Source: Alphaproteobacteria bacterium
GTDB taxonomy: Bacteria; Pseudomonadota; Alphaproteobacteria; UBA828
Reading direction: 5' to 3'
Assembly: GCA_963422645.2 (NCBI GenBank)
Contig: CAXXVO010000007.1
Coordinates: forward strand, 448,001-512,000
DNA: 64,000 nucleotides
The notes under the pieces were generated by a model. The model saw only the letters and a list, made by a program, of their open reading frames with translations. It made no database searches and was not told the DNA's origin. A program made the translations under genes and the position numbers. Shown one piece after another: positions 20,258 through 31,141 of the stretch (positions are counted from its first letter, which is position 1; every line of letters starts with the position of its first letter).

Positions 20258-21095
20258 TCCCGAATGGATCGTCGGCAAGTACGCGCTGATGAACGTCCGC
20301 GCGATGAGCCGGCTCGGGCGCACGGAAATCGACCCGCTCTGCTGGCGCATCCCCTTCCAATGGCAGGGCTATCACTACCAGGATCACGACGACCAGCCCT
20401 TCATGCTGCTGCTCAACAGCGGCGGCGGCTTCGTCGAGGGCGACGTCTCGCACTTCAATGCCGTGCTGGAGCCCGGCACCCGCGCCCTCTTCACCACCAC
20501 GGCATCGAGCAAGTTCTACAAGTGCCCGGGCGGGGCGATCTCGCGCGAGATCGTGGACCTCCATGTGGGCGAAGACGCGCTGCTGGAGTTCTGCCCGGAC
20601 GAGGCGATCCCCTTTGCCCGCAGCCGGGTGCACCGAATCAACCGCATCGCGCTGGAGCCCTCGTCGCGGCTCTTCGCCACCGACATGGTCTCGGCAGGCC
20701 GGGTGCACTATGGCGACGGCGAGATCTTCCGCTTCCACCGCCTGGTCTCCGAGTTCCGCATCGCCATCGGTGGCCGGCTGGTCGCCCTCGACCGCCTGAT
20801 CGCGACCACGCCCGAGACCATCGCCGCGCTGCAGAGGCTGTGGCAGGAGCGGCTGCACATGGCGATGGCGTTCGCCTACGCGCCGGACCTGGCGCCCGGC
20901 GTCGAGGACGACGTGCACGAGGCGATCGAAGGCGTCGACGGCACCGAGGCGGGCGTCACCCGCATCGGCAACCTGGTGATCGTCCGCATCCTGAGCCACG
21001 AGACCTGGCAGGCCCACGAGACCCTCTTCAACGCGTGGGCCGCGCTCCGCCCCGCCATCGCAGGCAAGAACGCCCGCCCGATACGCAAGTGCTAG
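20217..21095 (+). CDS. ureD: Urease accessory protein UreD
   Basis: [46 protein letters not shown], terminal RPIRK. Confidence 0.88.
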   Translation: MGMTEPSSAPIQPDPEWIVGKYALMNVRAMSRLGRTEIDPLCWRIPFQWQGYHYQDHDDQPFMLLLNSGGGFVEGDVSHFNAVLEPGTRALFTTTASSKFYKCPGGAISREIVDLHVGEDALLEFCPDEAIPFARSRVHRINRIALEPSSRLFATDMVSAGRVHYGDGEIFRFHRLVSEFRIAIGGRLVALDRLIATTPETIAALQRLWQERLHMAMAFAYAPDLAPGVEDDVHEAIEGVDGTEAGVTRIGNLVIVRILSHETWQAHETLFNAWAALRPAIAGKNARPIRKC

Positions 21096-21315
21096 CCCCG
21101 ACTTCTCGCCCTTGCGCACCATCCGATCATCCCGGTTCACGGCGACCCGAACGACACCCACCTCCCCATTCACCCTGCCGAACCAATTTCGCAGAGGAAT
21201 CCTATTAGGGGGGAGAGGGACGGGGAGAGGTGAGTGTGCGGCCGTATCGGCACCGGTTGTCAGCGCCCGCGCGCTCTCATAGTCTCCGCGCCAGTCAAGT
21301 GGAGAGGAGGTCGCG

Positions 21316-22221
21316 ATGGCCAAGAAGGAAATCTTCGTCGCAATCGGCGTGGACGTCGATTCGGTGGCGGGGCAGATCGGTTCCTACGCGGGCGGCGATT
21401 CGCCGAGCGACATTTCGCGGGGCGTGTTCGCCTCCGAGGTCGGAACCCCCCGCATGCTCAAGCTCTTCGACCGGGCGGGAATCCAGACCAGCTGGTTCAT
21501 CCCCGGCCACTCGATCGAGACCTTCCCGAGAGAGATGAAGGCGGTCGCGGCGGCAGGGCACGAGATCGGGCTGCACGGCTACACTCACGAGAACCCGATC
21601 TCGATGACGCCAGAGCAGGAGGCGGACGTCCTCGACAAGACCCTCGATCTGGTGACCAAGCTCGCCGGCAAGGCGCCCACGGGCTACGTCGCGCCCTGGT
21701 GGGAGATGAGCCCGTTCACGCCCCACCTCCTGATGGAGCGCGGCATCAAGTACGACCACAGCCAGATGCACAACGACTTCGAGCCCTATTGGATGCGGAT
21801 CAACGAGGAGTGGACGTTGATCGACTATTCCAAGCCGGCGAAGTCGTGGATGAAGCCGATGAAGAAGGGCACCACCTTCCCCATCGTGCAGATCCCCGGC
21901 AGCTGGTACCTCGACGACCTGCCGCCGATGATGTTCATGAAGAAGGTGCCGAACTCCGGCGGCTGGACCAACCCGCGCGATATCGAGGACTGGTGGCGCG
22001 ATCAGTTCGACTGGGTCTATCGGGAGATGGACTACGCGGTCTACACGCTGACCATCCACCCCGACATCTCGGGCCGGCCGCAGACGCTGCTGATGCTGGA
22101 GCGCATCATCGCCCACATCGCCGCCCATGAAGGGGTGACCTGGGCGACCTTCGACGAGATCGCCGACGACTTCATCAAGCGCCGGCCCTTCAAGGGCAAG
22201 AGGGCACCCAAGAAGAAGTAA
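21316..22221 (+). CDS. CE4 polysaccharide-deacetylase-family metallohydrolase (HP0310/PgdA-PuuE-like subgroup)
   Basis: [49 protein letters not shown]; strong GGAGG RBS. Confidence 0.85.
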   Translation: MAKKEIFVAIGVDVDSVAGQIGSYAGGDSPSDISRGVFASEVGTPRMLKLFDRAGIQTSWFIPGHSIETFPREMKAVAAAGHEIGLHGYTHENPISMTPEQEADVLDKTLDLVTKLAGKAPTGYVAPWWEMSPFTPHLLMERGIKYDHSQMHNDFEPYWMRINEEWTLIDYSKPAKSWMKPMKKGTTFPIVQIPGSWYLDDLPPMMFMKKVPNSGGWTNPRDIEDWWRDQFDWVYREMDYAVYTLTIHPDISGRPQTLLMLERIIAHIAAHEGVTWATFDEIADDFIKRRPFKGKRAPKKK

Positions 22222-22235
22222 GCCGCAGGCCCGCG

Positions 22236-22598
22236 ATGTGCGCGCTCTGCGGCGTGCTCACCGACGGCCCGCATTGGACTGAGGCAGGCACCGATGCGGG
22301 CCGGAGCGCCGAGGCGCCCACCGGCCGGGAGCGGCACCTGGAGCGCGCGCGGCGCCTCGCGCTGCTGAACCGCGTGCTGAGCGCTTACGGCTGCACCGCA
22401 GACGACTGGGCCGGCGCGCAATACATGGTGCACCGGCGGAGCGGCGGCGCGACCGAGATGGCGGCCGACCTGCCCACGCTCTGGGCCGCGGTCGAAGGCT
22501 TGGTCGGCTATGCGCCCGATCCGCTAGACCCCGCCCTGGTCGCGCGGCTCGAGGCTGCGCCATCCGCCGGGGGGCGCGCGGCCCGGCGGCGGGCTTGA
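22236..22598 (+). CDS. Small protein with N-terminal CxxC...HW motif
   Basis: MCALCGVLTDGPHWTE; fills the gap between the CE4 gene and the COG0523 gene. Confidence 0.7.
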   Translation: MCALCGVLTDGPHWTEAGTDAGRSAEAPTGRERHLERARRLALLNRVLSAYGCTADDWAGAQYMVHRRSGGATEMAADLPTLWAAVEGLVGYAPDPLDPALVARLEAAPSAGGRAARRRA

Positions 22599-22603
22599 GG
22601 GCG

Positions 22604-23653
<1,050 letters not shown>

Positions 23654-23663
23654 GGAGAGCATC

Positions 23664-24596
23664 ATGCCCGACAAGATCGCGATCATCGGCGCCGGCCTGG
23701 TGGGCAGCGCCTGGGCGATCGTCTTCGCCCGTGCCGGCCACCGGGTCGCGCTCTACGACGGGACGGAGGGCCAGTGCGAAGCCGCGCTCGCGCGCATCGA
23801 GACCAACCTCGAGGCCCTCGAAGGCCACGGGCTGATCAACGACCCTGCTGCCGCCCGGGCGCGCATCTCGATCGCCGCCGGTCTCGCCGACGCGTTGGAC
23901 GGTGCGGCCTACGCGCAAGAGAGCGTGTTCGAGCGCGCCGACGTGAAGCGCGAGGTCTACGAACAGATCGACGGCATCGCCGGGCCCGAGATTATCTTTG
24001 GCTCGTCGTCTTCAGGGATTCCCGCCTCGACCTTCACAGAAGGCCTGGGCATAGCCCCGCGCTGCCTGATCGCACACCCCATCAACCCACCCTACGTGAT
24101 CCCCCTGGTCGAGATCGTGCCGGCGCCCTGGACCGAGGAGGAGACGGTCACGCGCTGCTGGGCGCTGATGGAAGCCGCCGGCATGGAGCCGGTCAGGCTC
24201 ACGCGGGAGATCGACGGCTTCATCGCCAACCGGCTGCAAGCGGCGCTCCTGTGGGAGGCCTTCCGCCTGCTGGAAGGCGGCTACGCCACGGCGAAGGACA
24301 TCGACACCACGATCTCGGCCGGCCTCGGCCGGCGCTGGTCCTTCATCGGGCCCTTCGAGACCATCGACCTGAACGCGCCGGGCGGCCTCGCCGACTTCTG
24401 TGCGCGCCTGGGCGAGGGCTTCTACGAGTTCGTGAAGCAGGGGGAGCCGGCCCAGCCCTGGTCCGACGCGGTGGTCGCCAAGGCGCACGAGGAGCGCCGG
24501 GGCAGGCTGCCCATGGAGGTTCACGGCGACCGCCAGGCATGGCGCGACCGCCGCCTCATGGGCCTCGCCGCGCACCTCCGCGACGCGGGGGATTAG
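23664..24596 (+). CDS. 3-hydroxyacyl-CoA dehydrogenase family (lambda-crystallin/L-gulonate or carnitine dehydrogenase-like)
   Basis: GAGLVGSAWA, QESVFE, SSSSG, AHPINPP, GFIANRLQ, GLGRRWSFIGPFET. Confidence 0.88.
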   Translation: MPDKIAIIGAGLVGSAWAIVFARAGHRVALYDGTEGQCEAALARIETNLEALEGHGLINDPAAARARISIAAGLADALDGAAYAQESVFERADVKREVYEQIDGIAGPEIIFGSSSSGIPASTFTEGLGIAPRCLIAHPINPPYVIPLVEIVPAPWTEEETVTRCWALMEAAGMEPVRLTREIDGFIANRLQAALLWEAFRLLEGGYATAKDIDTTISAGLGRRWSFIGPFETIDLNAPGGLADFCARLGEGFYEFVKQGEPAQPWSDAVVAKAHEERRGRLPMEVHGDRQAWRDRRLMGLAAHLRDAGD

Positions 24597-24613
24597 ATCG
24601 GCTTACTCTTTTG

Positions 24614-26499
24614 GTAACTGCCCAGGTCGTCTGATTTGTCATTTTGGGCCAGTGGATTGAGGCGTTTCTCGTTCGGAGTTGGTGGAAAGGGCTTGACGGG
24701 AATTTCGGGAAATGACTCAACAACGACATGAGCAATCCCGAGTCGCCGCGCGGCCCTTCGACGGGAGCAGCGCCCGAAACGCCCGCGCAGAAGATCGCCC
24801 GCCTGGAGGAGGAGAACGCCCGGCTTCGGGAGGAAAATGCCTGGCTTCGGCAGCAGAACGCGCGGCTGGAAGAGCAAGTCGCGCGTCTCGTCGAGCGCAT
24901 CGAGGAGTTGGAGCGCCGTCTCGGCCTCAACAGCGGCAACAGCGGCAAGCCGCCTTCGAGCGATGGGCTGAGGAAGCCGAATTCGAAGCGGCGAACCCGA
25001 AGCCTGCGCGGCAAATCGGGCCGCAAGCCCGGTGGCCAGCCCGGCCACAAGGGCAAGACGCTGCGCCGCGCCGATCACCCGGATCGGGTGAAGGATCACG
25101 TCCCGGCTTCCTGCAAGGGATGCGGTTCGCCGCTTTCGGACGCGGCCAGGGCGGGAACGCCCGTCGCCCGCCAGGTGTTCGATCTGCCCGAGCCGAGCCC
25201 CCTGGAGGTGACCGAGCACCGGGCGCATGCCAAGTGCTGCGGGCATTGCGGGACGGTGACCCGGGCGGCGTTCCCCGACGGGGTGTCGGCGCCGGTGCAG
25301 TACGGCCCGCGCATTGCCGGGGTGGCGGTCTACCTTCAGCACGCTCACTTCCTGCCGGAGGATCGGCTGTCGCAGGTGATGGCCGAGCTCTTCGGCGCGC
25401 CGGTGACGGCTGCGACGTTGGCGACGATGAGCGAGAGGGCGGCCGAGCGGCTGCGGGACGCGGCCTTGCACATACAGGACCTGGCGGCGGGCACGGCGCG
25501 GGTGAAACACATGGACGAGACCGGCTTGCGGATCGGCGGTCAGACGCAGTGGCTTCATGTGATCTGCACGCCGCTGCTGGCGGCGTACCGGGTCAGCGGC
25601 AAGCGCGGCGCCCTGCTCTCGGGTGTCTCCGGCATCGTCGTGCACGATCACTGGAAGCCGTACTTCGCGATGGAAGGGGTGGAGCACGGCCTGTGCAACG
25701 CCCATCACCTGCGGGAGTTGCAGGCGCTGGTGGACATCGAAGGGGAGGCTTGGGCCCGGCGGATGCAGCAGCTCCTGCGCCGAGCCAATCGCGCCGCCCG
25801 CATCGCGCTGGACAAGGATATCGCCGTTCCGGCGAGGCTTGTGGCGCTGATCGAGCGCCGATACGACGAGATCATCGCCGATGCGCTGGCCTTTCACGAG
25901 AGCCAACCACCGTTCTCGCCTGGCAAGAGGAAGAAGCGCCGGAAGCGAAGGATCGGTCACAATCTGGCCTTGAGGCTGCGCGACCACAAATGCGCGGTGC
26001 TCCGGTTCCTGATCGACCTCGAGGTCGGGTTCACGAACAACGAGGCCGAGCGCGACCTTCGGATGATGAAGCTGCGCCAGAAGATCTCCGGGGGCTTCCG
26101 GTCCGCGCAGGGGGCCGAGAACTTCGCCATCCTGCGCAGCGTCATCACCACCGCCAGAAAGCAGGGCTGGAATATCATCGAAGCCCTGACCAGCCCATCG
26201 GATCGGCTCATCGCCACCGTCAAGTGCGCGTAAGCTCACCTGGCACGGGTTCTCCAACAGCGGAGCCATTCTCATAAACGATCATGGTCGACGCCGTGCT
26301 GGACCACCCCATAGAATGAAAATCGGTGCCCGTCGCGCGGGCGGACTTCGGGCCACATCGGGGTAGCTTACCGGTCGCAGTCCGCAAGAGGGGCATCGTG
26401 AGCTGTGAAACCCGGCGACCCCAGAGGAGCACACGGGCGTCGCGTGGGTAGCGTTGTGCCGAATCCCAGAGAATTTTCACAGCAAGAACCTGGGCAGTT
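24614..26499 (+). mobile_element. Single-ORF IS66-family element (ISBst12-like organisation); right TIR lacks the terminal AC
   Basis: Left TIR GTAACTGCCCAGG at 24614; right CCTGGGCAGTT ends at 26499 and abuts the next IS. No tnpA/tnpB and no TSD seen. Confidence 0.9.
24728..26233 (+). CDS. tnpC: IS66 transposase TnpC
   Basis: Leucine zipper, NSGKPPSSDG, GGQPGHKG, CxxC pairs, HMDETG, HDHW, CNAHHLREL, FTNNEAERDLR. Confidence 0.95.
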   Translation: MSNPESPRGPSTGAAPETPAQKIARLEEENARLREENAWLRQQNARLEEQVARLVERIEELERRLGLNSGNSGKPPSSDGLRKPNSKRRTRSLRGKSGRKPGGQPGHKGKTLRRADHPDRVKDHVPASCKGCGSPLSDAARAGTPVARQVFDLPEPSPLEVTEHRAHAKCCGHCGTVTRAAFPDGVSAPVQYGPRIAGVAVYLQHAHFLPEDRLSQVMAELFGAPVTAATLATMSERAAERLRDAALHIQDLAAGTARVKHMDETGLRIGGQTQWLHVICTPLLAAYRVSGKRGALLSGVSGIVVHDHWKPYFAMEGVEHGLCNAHHLRELQALVDIEGEAWARRMQQLLRRANRAARIALDKDIAVPARLVALIERRYDEIIADALAFHESQPPFSPGKRKKRRKRRIGHNLALRLRDHKCAVLRFLIDLEVGFTNNEAERDLRMMKLRQKISGGFRSAQGAENFAILRSVITTARKQGWNIIEALTSPSDRLIATVKCA

Positions 26500-26584
26500 G
26501 TAACTACCCAGGTACCCCAATCCTGAGTTGAGGACGGTGATTATGGCGGCGGCCGCGGCCTGGTTCTGCCACCGCGATTGGTTC

Positions 26585-26613
26585 TTGACCTCATAGAGTT
26601 GCGGGACTATGGA
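26585..26613 (+). promoter_or_regulatory. Putative sigma70 promoter for the MTase-tnpC unit
   Basis: TTGACC-17 nt-TATGGA inside the IS left end, 28 nt before the MTase ATG. Confidence 0.4.
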
Positions 26614-26641
26614 CTGCTCTCTCGCGTGACGGGAGCGGTCC

Positions 26642-27307
26642 ATGGGGTATTTCGGCTCGAAGGCGACAGCAGGTCTGTGCCAAGCGCTGATTGCGCTGAT
26701 GCCGCCGCACTCCGTCTACATCGAAAGCCACCTTGGGGGCGGGGCGCTGATGAAGCGCAAGCCGCCGGCCGTGCGTTCGATCGGCATCGACCGCGATGCG
26801 CAGGCGCTCGAGGCCTTCGTCTGCGACTACCCGGTCGATCTGGTTCACGGCTGTGCCCATGACTTCCTGGCCTCGTTCCCGTTCCTGGGCCCGGAGCTGG
26901 TTTACAGCGATCCGCCCTATCTGCACGCGACCCGCCGCTCGGCGCAGCGCTACCGCTTCGAGTACGAGGAGGCCGGCCACGTCGCGCTTCTCGCGCTGCT
27001 CAAGGCTCTGCCCTGCCAGGTCATGATCTCGGGCCATCCGTCGGCGCTCTATGACGAGGTGCTGGCGGGATGGCGCCGGCTGGCGCTGCAGGTCACGACC
27101 CAGGGTCTGGTGCGAACCGAGGTCGTCTGGTTCAACTACGCCCCCGACCGGATGCATTGGGCCAGCCACGCAGGCCGGAACTTCACCGACCGCCAGCGCA
27201 TCAAGCGCAAGGCAGCCAACTGGGGCCGGCGCTACCAGGCCTTGCCGCCGGGCGAACGCCTCGCCGTGCTCGCCGCCATGATGGCCGTCGAGGCCGAAGA
27301 CACGTGA
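26642..27307 (+). CDS. Small Dam-like (alpha-group) DNA adenine methyltransferase
   Basis: YFGSK (motif X), YIESHLGGGA (motif I variant), GIDRD, VYSDPPY (motif IV), MISG, RTEVVWFNY. Confidence 0.88.
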   Translation: MGYFGSKATAGLCQALIALMPPHSVYIESHLGGGALMKRKPPAVRSIGIDRDAQALEAFVCDYPVDLVHGCAHDFLASFPFLGPELVYSDPPYLHATRRSAQRYRFEYEEAGHVALLALLKALPCQVMISGHPSALYDEVLAGWRRLALQVTTQGLVRTEVVWFNYAPDRMHWASHAGRNFTDRQRIKRKAANWGRRYQALPPGERLAVLAAMMAVEAEDT

Positions 27308-28842
27308 CGGTGTCGCACTGGCACGAAGACCTCGCCGCCCGTAACGAGGCCTTCTGCTGCCTGAAGGAGCTTCTCGAGCCATCATCCCTCGCAACCACTG
27401 TCGTCGTTGCCGTCCGGGAATGGGGGCAGGGGCTGCTGCGATCAGCCACCGCGCTCGCCCGGGAAAATGCCGCACTCGAGCAGGAGAACGCGGCCCTGCG
27501 CGAGCGCATCGCCGAACTCGAGCGCAGCGCGGCCCTCAACAGCACCACAAGCAGCAAGCCCCCCGCCAGCGACGGGCTCAAGAAGAAAAGCGGAGCCCAG
27601 AGGCGCACCCAAAGCCAGCGCGGAAAGTCCGGCGGGCCCAGTGGCGGCCAGCCCGGCCACAAGGGAACCACCCTCGCGCGGAGCGACAGCCCGGACCGTG
27701 TCGTCGATCACCACCCCTCCACCTGTTCCGGCTGTGGCGTCGAGCTCTCGGACGCCGACCGGCAAGGCGCGCCCGCCTGTCGGCAGGTCTTCGACGTACC
27801 CGAGCCGCAGCCTCTCGAGGTCACCGAACACCGCGCCCATCGCTGCCTCTGCGGCGCATGCGGCACGCTGACACGAGCCGCCTTCCCGCCGGGCGTCACC
27901 GCCCCGGTCCAGTACGGCCCTCGCATCACCGCTTGGGTGAGTTACCTGCTGTACGCCCAGTTCGTGCCCGAGAAGCGTCTGGCCGAACTCATGAGCGACA
28001 TCTTCGCGGTGTCCATCTCCACTGCCACGATCGCCGCCATGGGCCGGCGCACAGCGCAGCGCTTCGAGGGCTTCCTCGACCATGTCGCCGATCTGATCCG
28101 CACGCAGGCGCCGGTCAAGCACCTCGACGAGACCGGCCTGCGTATCGCCGCCCGTACCCGCTGGCTCCATGTGCTGTGCACCCCGTTGCTCACCGTCCTG
28201 CGCATCGGCGAGGGACGCGGCGATGTCGAAAAGAACCTGAAAGGCATCCTCGTCCACGACGACTTCGCCCCCTACTTCACCATCAAGGGCGTCCGCCACG
28301 GCGCCTGCAACGCACATCACCTGCGCGAACTCCAGGCCCTGATCGACATCGAGAAGGAGGAATGGGCGGCGAGCATGCACCGCCTGCTTCAGCGCGCGCG
28401 CAGGGCCGCCCGCTTCGCCCGTGAGAAAGACCGTCAAGTCCCCGCCTCCCTGGTGGCCCGCATCTCAAGGGCATGGGACCGTATCCTCGAAGAAGCCATC
28501 GCCTTCCATGAGGCCCAACCGCCGCTCCAGATCGCAAAGCGAGGGCGAAAGAAACGCCGCATCGGCCACAACCTCGCGCGCCGCCTTCAAAAGCATAAGG
28601 AGGGCTGCCTGCGCTTCCTCACCGACCTGCGCACGCCGTTCACGAATAACGAGGCGGAGCGTGACATCCGTATGAACAAAGTGCATGAGAAGATCTCAGG
28701 CGGCTTCCGCTCCCTGCAAGGCGCCTGCAACTTCGCCGGAATGCGCAGCGTCATCGTCACCGCTCGAAAGCAAGGCTGGAACATCCTGCAAATCCTGGCG
28801 CACCCGGAACCGATGCAGCTGATCCCTATACTGCGCTCCTGA
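27304..28842 (+). CDS. tnpC: IS66 transposase TnpC
   Basis: GTG start overlapping the MTase TGA (GTGA); SSKPPASDG, GGQPGHKG, HLDETG, HDDF, CNAHHLREL, FTNNEAERDIR. Confidence 0.93.
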   Translation: MTVSHWHEDLAARNEAFCCLKELLEPSSLATTVVVAVREWGQGLLRSATALARENAALEQENAALRERIAELERSAALNSTTSSKPPASDGLKKKSGAQRRTQSQRGKSGGPSGGQPGHKGTTLARSDSPDRVVDHHPSTCSGCGVELSDADRQGAPACRQVFDVPEPQPLEVTEHRAHRCLCGACGTLTRAAFPPGVTAPVQYGPRITAWVSYLLYAQFVPEKRLAELMSDIFAVSISTATIAAMGRRTAQRFEGFLDHVADLIRTQAPVKHLDETGLRIAARTRWLHVLCTPLLTVLRIGEGRGDVEKNLKGILVHDDFAPYFTIKGVRHGACNAHHLRELQALIDIEKEEWAASMHRLLQRARRAARFAREKDRQVPASLVARISRAWDRILEEAIAFHEAQPPLQIAKRGRKKRRIGHNLARRLQKHKEGCLRFLTDLRTPFTNNEAERDIRMNKVHEKISGGFRSLQGACNFAGMRSVIVTARKQGWNILQILAHPEPMQLIPILRS

Positions 28843-29036
28843 ACTTCTCCGGCTCATCCTGAGTATCGCTGTCCTCTCATCTTGTTCGCGACGCGGCGTT
28901 CATCATCCTCTCGCGCTCAAGAGAGTAGGCACCCCCGCGGCGTGGGGGCGTTGACGCAAAAGGAACTGGCTTGTTCCATAAGAGAGAGGGGGTACCTGGG
29001 CAGTTACGTATTCACTGCACAAGGATCCTTGACTCC

Positions 29037-29481
29037 ATGCACACGAATCTACAGCGCCCGCAACGCCTTTTCGCCCAGCCAGTCCGTTACGAGATGCCCG
29101 CATTTCAGCGCCGTTATGTGTGGGAGCAGGAGGAGCAGTGGGAGCCGTTGTGGAACGACATCGAAGAGCTTGCACAATCGATTCTGGAAGACGGCCAGAT
29201 AGAACCCCACTTCATGGGCGCTGTGGTTCTTCAGCAGATGCAATATCCCGTGGGCACGATTGAGCGCCGTATTGTCGTTGATGGCCAACAGCGGCTGATC
29301 ACTCTTCAACTTCTCATCGATGCGATCCAGGAGGTGCTGGAGGGGCGAGGCCACTCCGATCCGGCCAAGCGTCTTGCGGCTCTCGTAGACAACCAGGAGG
29401 AATTCCGGGACGGCGACGCTGACAACGCCTTCAAGGTATGGCACACGCTCATAGACCGGGATGCGTTTCGGCAAGCGATGA
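29037..29481 (+). pseudogene. N-terminal fragment of a DUF262 (GmrS/ParB-like) protein, interrupted by IS3
   Basis: RYEMPAFQRRYVW, HFMGAVVL, VVDGQQRLITL. Homology ends at the IS3 TIR at 29482 and the remainder is not found in the window. Confidence 0.85.
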
Positions 29482-29958
29482 TGACCTGCCCCCGTCGACT
29501 GGTCCGGTTTGAATTTTAGTGCATTGACGGTTTCTCGGCCAAGCTGGATGGCCGGCGGAGCGTAGCGGAGCCGGGCGGCCAGCTTGGCATGACGATCGTT
29601 TCCGGGGCCGGCGGCCGGTATCCCAGGCTGCTGTGTGGGCGTATAGCGTTGTAATGGCGCCGCCAAGATTCGATGAGAACCTGGGCTTCCTTCAGGGTAT
29701 AGAAAATCTCCCCGTTCAGGAGCTCGTCGCGCAGCCGCGCATTGAAGCTCTCGATATAGCCGTTCTCCCAAGGAGAACCAGGCTCGATGAAGGCGGTCCG
29801 GGCCCCGACCGCGGCAATCCATCCCCGGACGGCCTCAGCGACAAACTCCGGGCCGTTATCGGAGCGGATATAGGCCGGAATACCGCGCAGGATGAACAGG
29901 TCGGTCAGCGCGTCGATGACATCGGTCGAGGAGAGCTTGCGCCGGACACGGATCGCTA

Positions 29959-31141
29959 GTCACCTGGCACTGAAGCAGGGTTCATTGTAAGGTGGCTCTC
30001 CGGGTCGGACAGAGGAGGTCATCTCGATGGCGCGCGGTACGGGACGGCCGCTGGCGGCCCTGGTCTTGAGCGGTGAGGAGCGGTCGTTTCTGGAAGCGCA
30101 GGTTCGCCGCCACCGTGTGGCGCGCTCCATGTCGGATCGCTGCCGCATGATCCTGCTTTGCGCGGACGGGCTTGGCAACAAGGCGGTGGCCGCAGAGATC
30201 GGCGTGCACGAACACACCGTCGGCAAGTGGCGGAGGCGCTTCGTCAAGGACCGCATCGAGGGTCTGTCGGACGAACCCCGGCCGGGACGGCCGCGGACCA
30301 TCGCGGACGAGAAGGTGGCGCAAGTGATCGAGCGGACGCTCACCTCGACGCCTGCGGACGCCACCCACTGGTCGCTGCGCTCGATGGCGAAGGAGGCGGG
30401 GCTGTCGCACACGTCGATCTGGCGCATCTGGGGCGCCTTCGGCCTGCAGCCCCATCGGGCCGAGACCTTCAAGCTGTCGGCCGATCCGCACTTCGTGGAG
30501 AAGGTCCGCGACATCGTAGGCCTCTACATGTCGCCGCCGGATCGCGCGCTGGTGCTCTGTGTCGACGAAAAGAGCCAGATCCAGGCGCTCGACCGCAGCC
30601 AGCCGGTCCTGCCGATGCTGCCGGGCATCCCTGAGCGGCGCACCCATGACTACAAGCGCAACGGCACGACCTCGCTCTTCGCCGCCCTCGACGTTGCCAC
30701 CGGCTCGGTCATAGGCAAGTGCTATCGCCGCCACCGGGCCAGGGAGTTCCTCGACTTCCTGAAGGTGATCGATCGCAATGTCCCGGACGGACTGGACATC
30801 CACGTCGTCATGGACAACTACGCCACCCACAAGACGGCGGGGGTCAAGGCCTGGCTGGCGCGGCGTCCGCATTGGCACGTCCACTTCACGCCGACATCGG
30901 CGTCGTGGCTCAACCAGGTCGAGCGCTGGTTCGCCGAGCTGACACGCAAGCAGCTGCAACGCGGGGTGCACACATCCACCCGCCAGCTCGAAGCCGACAT
31001 CCACGCCTTCATCGAAACCCACAACGAAAATCCCCGACCCTTCAGGTGGACCAAATCAGCCGACGACATCCTCGCTGCCGTCAAGCGCTTCTGCCTTCGG
31101 GTCGAACAAAACTTATGCCACGAACTTTAGATTCAGGTGAC
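29959..31141 (+). mobile_element. IS630-family element inserted at TA within IS3 orfB
   Basis: TA duplicated at 29957-58 and 31142-43, TIR GTCACCTG/CAGGTGAC. Removing it restores orfB DEFTRESLAIRV. Confidence 0.95.
30027..31130 (+). CDS. IS630 transposase
   Basis: [52 protein letters not shown]. Confidence 0.95.
   Translation: MARGTGRPLAALVLSGEERSFLEAQVRRHRVARSMSDRCRMILLCADGLGNKAVAAEIGVHEHTVGKWRRRFVKDRIEGLSDEPRPGRPRTIADEKVAQVIERTLTSTPADATHWSLRSMAKEAGLSHTSIWRIWGAFGLQPHRAETFKLSADPHFVEKVRDIVGLYMSPPDRALVLCVDEKSQIQALDRSQPVLPMLPGIPERRTHDYKRNGTTSLFAALDVATGSVIGKCYRRHRAREFLDFLKVIDRNVPDGLDIHVVMDNYATHKTAGVKAWLARRPHWHVHFTPTSASWLNQVERWFAELTRKQLQRGVHTSTRQLEADIHAFIETHNENPRPFRWTKSADDILAAVKRFCLRVEQNLCHEL

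Larger units (their letters stand above)
26500..29007 (+). mobile_element. IS66-family element carrying a passenger DNA adenine methyltransferase
   Basis: TIRs GTAACTACCCAGGTACCCC (26500) and GGGGTACCTGGGCAGTTAC (ends 29007), 1 mismatch in 19 bp, enclosing the MTase and tnpC. Confidence 0.9.

Noticed and set aside
26234-26499. Passenger gene in the 3' part of the first IS66 (ORF 26220-26480, minus strand)
   Set aside because: Short, no motifs, no clear RBS, and it overlaps the tnpC end. The 11-mer TCACCTGGCAC shared with the IS630 end is within chance expectation.
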